In this document: positions 57,170 through 64,000 of the stretch, in pieces | Position numbering within the stretch: the first letter of the stretch is position 1 | Layout of the letters: each line of letters starts with the position of its first letter | NCBI GenBank assembly: GCA_951406725.2 | Contig: OX597814.1 | Span: 58,156,001 to 58,220,000 of the forward strand | Direction: 5' to 3' | DNA: 64,000 nt | From: Octopus vulgaris | Lineage: Eukaryota | Program-made: the position numbers and the translations under genes | The notes under the pieces: model-generated | The model's database searches: none | What the model saw: only the letters and a program-made list of their open reading frames with translations | Told to the model about the DNA's origin: nothing

Positions 57170-57200
<31 letters not shown>

Positions 57201-58050
57201 CGATGATGATGATGGTGATGAAAAAACGACGACGTCAACGACATCGACGATGATAAGGACGAGGAATACGAAGAAAACATCGATGACAACAATGGCAATC
57301 TGATCAGCAATAGCGACCGCAAAATTTCAATAATGTGTTCAATATTTCCGGTGACTTGAATACCACGCATATGTAAGGTGGGTGGGAAATTCTCTTTTAT
57401 ATTAACACGAATCTATGTATAAAAATCTAGAATATTAGTGATCGAGTATGTGTCAATGTAACTAACTATAAGTAATGAGCGAAATATCTACAACTCCTTA
57501 GAATTTGGAAAGTTATTTTTTCACAAATATATCATGTTGTGTCAGGATGACTTACAAAATACTCGACGAAATAGTGTAGCAAAGCTGGCACACAAGTAGC
57601 AAATATCAGCTTCTTGAGAAAACGATTATCGACACTACTCAAAAAAATTCAACATTACCTTAAAATGGAGTTCTACCCACTCTTCCACAGAAGTACTCAT
57701 AAACAAGCATACATCTTTATCGATGAATGTATATATGTACTGCATAGGTATAAGTATATATGTATGTAAGTAGGTATGTATGTATGTATGTATGTATTTA
57801 TGCATGTATGCATGTATGTATGTATGTATGTATGTATGTATCTATCTATATATATATGTATATATATATGTGTGCGTGTGTGTGCGTGCGCGTGCATGTG
57901 TATAGATAAATAAATATAAAATACACATTCATTACAGAACATCACCAACAAGTGAAATATGCGTAAACACACGAGAGATAAGTACAGAACAAAATACCTA
58001 AAGAAGATAAAGCTTCGTCAGTTATCCACTGTTTTACTACTCCCTATTTT

Positions 58051-58091
<41 letters not shown>

Positions 58092-59937
58092 GCGCACTTA
58101 TATACATAGATACATATATATGTGTGTGTGCGCGGGCCTGCATGTGTGTGTGCATGCATGTGTGTGTGCATGCATGTGTGTGTGCATGCATGTGTGTGTG
58201 TTTATGTGTGATATGTATGTACGTAAATATCCCACGGTGCTGACTTTAGCAGAGAGAGAACTCTATTAATCTGTACTGGCATTGTGAATATTAATAATAC
58301 ATTTTAAAATTTTATCTATGTATCTCACACGCACTCTCTCTCTCTCTCTCTCTCTCACTGCCTTTACGCACCCACCCACACACTTACACATACTCACATC
58401 CACACACAAACACACATACATACACACGTATATTTTGTACTTTTTTCGAGTGAGCACAAAATTCTAGTCTCCCCATATGTAATATACTTGAAAATATTTT
58501 TAGCAATAAAAGAGCAGATTACAAGTCTATACTTACTGAAAATAGTGCTTCTCTTAAGTAACTTATCGAAGCGTTGCGACTAAAATCTTTCTTCTACATC
58601 ATTCAGTGACCAGCCGCTTGTAAAACAAGGATTAAATTAGTGTTAATATATTTAACGCGGAGAGCATTAAAACGGCTTTTTTGTAATTATTCTCTAAGCT
58701 AATTACTTTTCACTGAGTTATACGTTTTCTAAATAACTTAATTTTTCTTCTTCAATGAATGTACAATATTGAACGTTTCTTAAGTGATTACTTCCTTCCT
58801 ACATCAGCAAGAATATTGAGGGTTACGCACCGGTGATGATGTCAGAATAGATTGTAACATAACCAAAATCTTCAGATCATTTCTCAAATAGAGACATAAT
58901 TGAGAATAGAAATGTGTAATCACCAATACTAACCTCCACTGCTTTCAGAAAATGTGGCACAATTATAAACAAATTGGTTATAGCTGAGTGAATGTAGTAA
59001 GAAGCAACTGTTAATAGACAAGTGAATTATCGCGGGTATTTTATCGGATACTGAAGGAGGAAAGGTTTAAATATGTGATTCGAGAAAGAGTAACTGAATG
59101 ATAAATATTGTTTTCAAATTTTGGCACAAGGCCAACAAACTTCGGAGGTGAGGGTAAAACGATTACATTGACTCAGTGATCAAACTGGTTTTTATTTCAT
59201 CGACCCCTGTATGGCGTTTCGTCTGAAACTGTATAACTGTTAGTCAGCAAATTCGGATAGACGTTAGTGTAAGGAATAATGCTTTGCAGTATTTTTGCGG
59301 TTCTCTATACTGTGTTTCAAATCTCGCAGTGGCCATATGTGCTTTTCATTTCTTTTTATTTTGACTTAGCGGTCCAGGAATGTCAATGGAAAGGATAATT
59401 CGCATTTCAGAGGTGACTTAATTAATCCGTTACTAAATTTAACACTACTTCATGCTTCTTGCTCCTTCTTTAGCGGTTGAACTCAACAGGGAAAAGTCTT
59501 TTGTTTGACGATAATTTCCTCTCTAAGACATATCATCCTGCTCTCAGAGGCCTTGAAAATTAAAGGGATTGTGGTACTGTTCTTAGTCACAACCCAACTC
59601 AAGAATATTCCCCTTTATAAATTCAGGGACAATGCAACCTATAATCAGCGCAGTAGCAAATAATCATATTTTATCGCAAAACGTAAACCTCTTTTGAATG
59701 CTTCCACAACACATAACTCTATTATAAGGAATTTAGAATAATATCCACCCAAATATTATAAACGATAGTTATATTAAGAAGACTCGCTACCCATGAATTT
59801 ATTAAGAAAAGTTCCTGGAACTACTACTACAATCGCAAGATATCACTTTTAGGTCACTTGACCACTAAAGAATATTCCACAGTCTACTTCTTCCTTTTCT
59901 TTTCCTGATCCTCCTGCTCCCCTCCTCCTCCTTTTCT

Positions 59938-60013
59938 CTTCTTCTTCTTCTTCTTCTTCTTCTTCTTCTTCTTCTTCTTCTTCTTCTTCTTCTTCTTCTT
60001 CTTCTTCTTCTTC
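59938..60013. repeat. (CTT)n microsatellite
   Basis: Direct reading; explains the poly-Arg ORF. Confidence 0.95.
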
Positions 60014-60161
60014 TACTACTACTCCTCCTTCTCCTTCGCTGTCTCCTACCTCGGCTGCTCCAGCTTAAGCCATCAAATTTTAGAATCAATATTTCTCTGA
60101 ACCCCTAAACACTGTTTCTTCAGAGCTGCTACTACTTACCGAGCCTTCACTAATGAAGAGA

Positions 60162-60195
<34 letters not shown>

Positions 60196-60346
60196 TAATT
60201 TCCTACCTATCTCAAGACTATGGAAATATTTACAAATTATTCCAATTAATTTTTTCTTCAATTTAATTGTTTTTCCTTTTAATTTTGTTTTATCCCTAGT
60301 TGAAAAAGTCGAAGAGACTGAAACCGGTACATTTTCTACCTTGTGT

Positions 60347-60413
<67 letters not shown>

Positions 60414-60451
60414 AATTCATACATACATACATACATACATACATACATACA

Positions 60452-60500
<49 letters not shown>

Positions 60501-60841
60501 CAAACCCAAAAAAGCAACGATCGTAATGCAGTACGATAGTTTCATGCAACTCCATTTAATTGAACAAAGCAATTTAAAATGTAGACCAATCTTCAGCTGC
60601 ACAACGACATAGAATTTAATTAAATTAGAACAGATGAACACATTAGTATAATTATACCTAAAATCTCCAAGACGTTAAGGAGATAGACAAATAACATGTC
60701 TCTACTTCAGCTAGAACTTCTATGCTGCATTACCTCTGGATATCCTTGTTGCTTATTTTGATTTTAATTACTTTACTTTGAAATTGTATGGATAATACCG
60801 TACTAAATTCTGGTGTCTCAACTTAAGCACTAAATCATCCG

Positions 60842-60877
<36 letters not shown>

Positions 60878-60879
<2 letters not shown>

Positions 60880-61027
60880 GATATAAGCACATAAATGTGA
60901 AACAAGGTGGAAAAAAGAGTACTCAAATACCAGTGGTAGAGTAATATGCTTTATTCAAAATCAGCAGAAAATTCAACAAAACCTGTTACTCTGAGTTTCA
61001 CGTTCCGTTCGTCCGTTCCGTTCGTCG
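60878..61027 (-). mobile_element. Short PLE-LTR-like fragment inside (TA)n, with a partial hammerhead
   Basis: 150-bp insert bounded by (TA)n; minus strand reads GACGA-ACG-GAA-CGT-GAAA-CTCAGA-GTA. Confidence 0.5.
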
Positions 61028-61554
61028 ATATATATATATATATATATATGACTAGATGCATTCACACTTGCTTTAATTATTAGTTCCATAATTTAAGTAA
61101 ATGACTTCAGCCAGGGATTAAATTAAGCAAATAAGTAGCAACCCCGTATCTGCTCCATATTCTGAAACTAATAGTCAAGCTATTCTCAAATAAAACATCA
61201 CCCACGTCAAATGAAAAGTGTCTGTTTTTATAATGTAGTACTATAATATTCTGAAAAGACAAGAAGGTCATTTTGACCATAGGTTTCTTGACCAAGATCT
61301 AAATGAGAGTGAATATTAACAGCGATCAGCACTTTAGAATATGCAAAACGAGCCAGTCCGTTACGGACATCAATTTTAGATATATCTGATTGACATGAGA
61401 ATATTCAGTGGTTCGCTTAATCACTTAAAAATAGAAGTTAAAATCTACTCATTCTGCCGTCTAACAAAAATATGACATTGAATAAAATAGATTTATTTAT
61501 ACTATATATGAAACAAAGGCAGGAGATTATGAACAGTACACATTTTATAATACA

Positions 61555-61825
61555 CTAGCAGTATCGCCCGGCGTTGCTCGGGTTGTAAGGGAAATAACTA
61601 TATAAGCATTTTTAGAGAGTTATAGCCAAAAAATAGCAAAAAATTGCATTAAAAATTGAAAAGAAATTAAGGTAAATTTTTTTTTTAAATCGTTGACACA
61701 TCGTAGATATTTTTAGAGAGTTACAAGGGCTCGATATGAATCACGACTATAAGATACCCGCTTTTGGTTAAACTGCACCGCAAAATGTGGGAGTAGTTAG
61801 GAATCTACTAAATCGTAGGAGAAAA
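61555..61825 (-). mobile_element. Non-autonomous Helitron, third copy
   Basis: A|CTAGCAGTATCGCCCGGCGTTGCTCGGG end; internal GGGCTCGATATGAATCACGACTATAAGATA shared with the other two copies. Confidence 0.85.
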
Positions 61826-63710
61826 CGGATGCATACATTTATTAATCTCTTATTATAATAACTATATATAAGTGTCGTCTGTTTATACATAAACACTGTT
61901 TCATACTGCAATTATATATACATATATATATATATATAATATTATATAATAAAATATATACAGAGTAAAATAAAAACCAATTTACCTTTTCTGTCCGTCC
62001 GTGTGTCTTTGCAAATGTGTTGAAACCAGACTAAGAAAAGCATTTGACACACACACCAGAATGTGAGTTTTCTGTAAATTTTGCTTAATTGGAGTTTAAA
62101 TTTTATAAACTGGACCTGGCATGACCCGATGCACCTTTTATAATAAGAGATACATGCGTACACACACACACATTTCTCCAGGGCAGACATGAATTTAAAG
62201 GAAATAAATATTACGGAAAAAATTTACATTTGTCCAAATGTTTTATAATATTGTGTCTTATAGCATCTATCTCTGAAGGTACATTGTACGTTCAAGTATG
62301 AAATTGGATTTGTGCGTTAAAGAAGTACTTCATATTTCTCCTATCTCCTCATGCAATGACCACCATTCTATTGCTGGAACAATCCCACTCTTACTCTATT
62401 ATAAAGCACTGCAAGTTATCGTGCGTTGGGGTGGGGGTCGAATGTGTCTCTATTTGCCTGCATCTATAGAAACACCTTACAAAATTATCGATTCAAGTAT
62501 AGCTTGCTCCCAACTAACGGATTGCTACACGTATGCCATCACCACTTCACATCTGCGATGGAAACGAAGTCTTATTTCTTCTTCACTCCTCTATGAAACA
62601 TATACCTTAGCAATATATTTTAAACAAATTTACTTGCTATTAATAGAGAATATATTATGAAATAATTTGTACGTACAAGATATATTTAGATATTTCTATG
62701 TTGCATTCTCCCTTGATGATGATCTTAGCATGAGAGTTTTCAGAAGTTTTGAAGTTGTAAGTTTTGAAATATTTAGGTGTGAATATATGTGGACACATTT
62801 TTGAATTGTTTGTTTAGAAGTTATTTGGTTTTTTTTTCTTAATTCCCATTGAAACTTTGCTGAATTCCTGCTGCTGATTTCTTAACTTTATCCATATCGT
62901 CATTTCTTATATATCAATATATTTTGTTATCTTATTGATTTCAAATTTCCAGAACACGTAACAATTCCAAAAATAACTACATATATCTCTATTTATCAAA
63001 TATTCTCAGACGCCTTGAAACACAATTCAAGATCAAAGATGATTTGAACCAAATGAAAAATAGAAACAAAAAGCCAAAAGATAAAAATGAAACAAACAAA
63101 AACATATGAAGTCAAATAGTTACTCAATTTCACAAAACAACATATCATATCAATATTCTATCAAAAACAATTGGACAGTTTTTTTTTGCGAAGTTTTATA
63201 TAATTGATGTTTGAAGAATAACGCCGTATTGTTATTGTATGATGTTGCAGTCTTCGTATAAGTTTTCATCCATTTTCATTTGCAACACACACAATTGCAC
63301 AAACAGAGCCCCCGGTTAGAGAGAATAAAAAGAAAATACTGAACAAAATTTAAGTCACCATATCTGACATTACCTGAGAATATATTCATAACACCACTTC
63401 TTTCCGCATTACCGTATTCAGACTGTCGTCCATATTTTGCTTATCTATCTGCCATCTGCCGGAGTGTAAATATAAATATATATATTTCGTTTTTGTATTT
63501 GGTTTATAAGATTCTTCATGGGAATTCGTGCGTCTGGGGAGAGTCATTCTCTTTCAGTGCCTTATTAATTTAATACACTCACTGATTTGCACTCATTTAC
63601 TTATTTACTGTTACCAAAATGTTCGTTGCGACTTGCAGCCTTTTCAATAATCGTTGATCCTGGACGTTATCGGAATTGCGTGTGCGTCAATGTGCGTGCA
63701 CATACACATA

Positions 63711-63744
<34 letters not shown>

Positions 63745-63935
63745 GATTTATGTATGTATGTGTGAATATATAATGTGTCCTTGTGTGAAGTGTACGTGTG
63801 TGGGTATGGTCATGTGTTTCGGTGTTCATTTGCATGTATATATGTGTTTACGTATGTGTTTGTGTCCCCGTCTGTCCATATTACCTAAGTACCTATCTAT
63901 CTGTAAATGTACCTCTCCATACGCTTATCCATTTA

Positions 63936-63970
<35 letters not shown>

Positions 63971-64000
63971 GCACACATAGATACACACACACAAACACGC

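Larger units (their letters stand above)
53865..57726. repeat. ~340-bp direct repeat pair (53865-54208 and 57389-57726)
   Basis: Shared TATATTAACACGAATCTATGTATAAAAA...CTCATAAACAAGCATACATCTTT; roughly 90% identical by eye. Confidence 0.9.

Overview
AT-rich, microsatellite-dense animal genomic DNA. The SINE families and repeat landscape suggest an octopus/cephalopod genome (recognised from memory, not searched). I find no supportable host protein-coding exon, tRNA or rRNA gene. The window is a transposon-littered intergenic or intronic stretch containing two tRNA-derived SINE families, CR1-type, R4/Dong-type and Tx1/L1-type LINE remnants, mariner elements, three non-autonomous Helitrons and Penelope-like (PLE) fragments. 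Most listed ORFs are microsatellite artefacts. The main observation is a 2.35-copy, ~99% identical tandem array of a 487-bp non-coding unit (4781-5923) sitting inside a (TA)n tract. It carries two complete type I hammerhead ribozyme motifs, with predicted cleavage after 5316 and 5803, and is packed with G-U-rich hairpins, as expected for a retrozyme-like element that could yield a 487-nt circular RNA. Several unrelated minimal hammerhead motifs, intact or decayed, also occur (14327, 38276, 45683, 47710/48787, 60983), some in PLE-like or fold-back repeats next to (TA)n tracts. All structures and translations were read by eye. Element boundaries are approximate unless stated.
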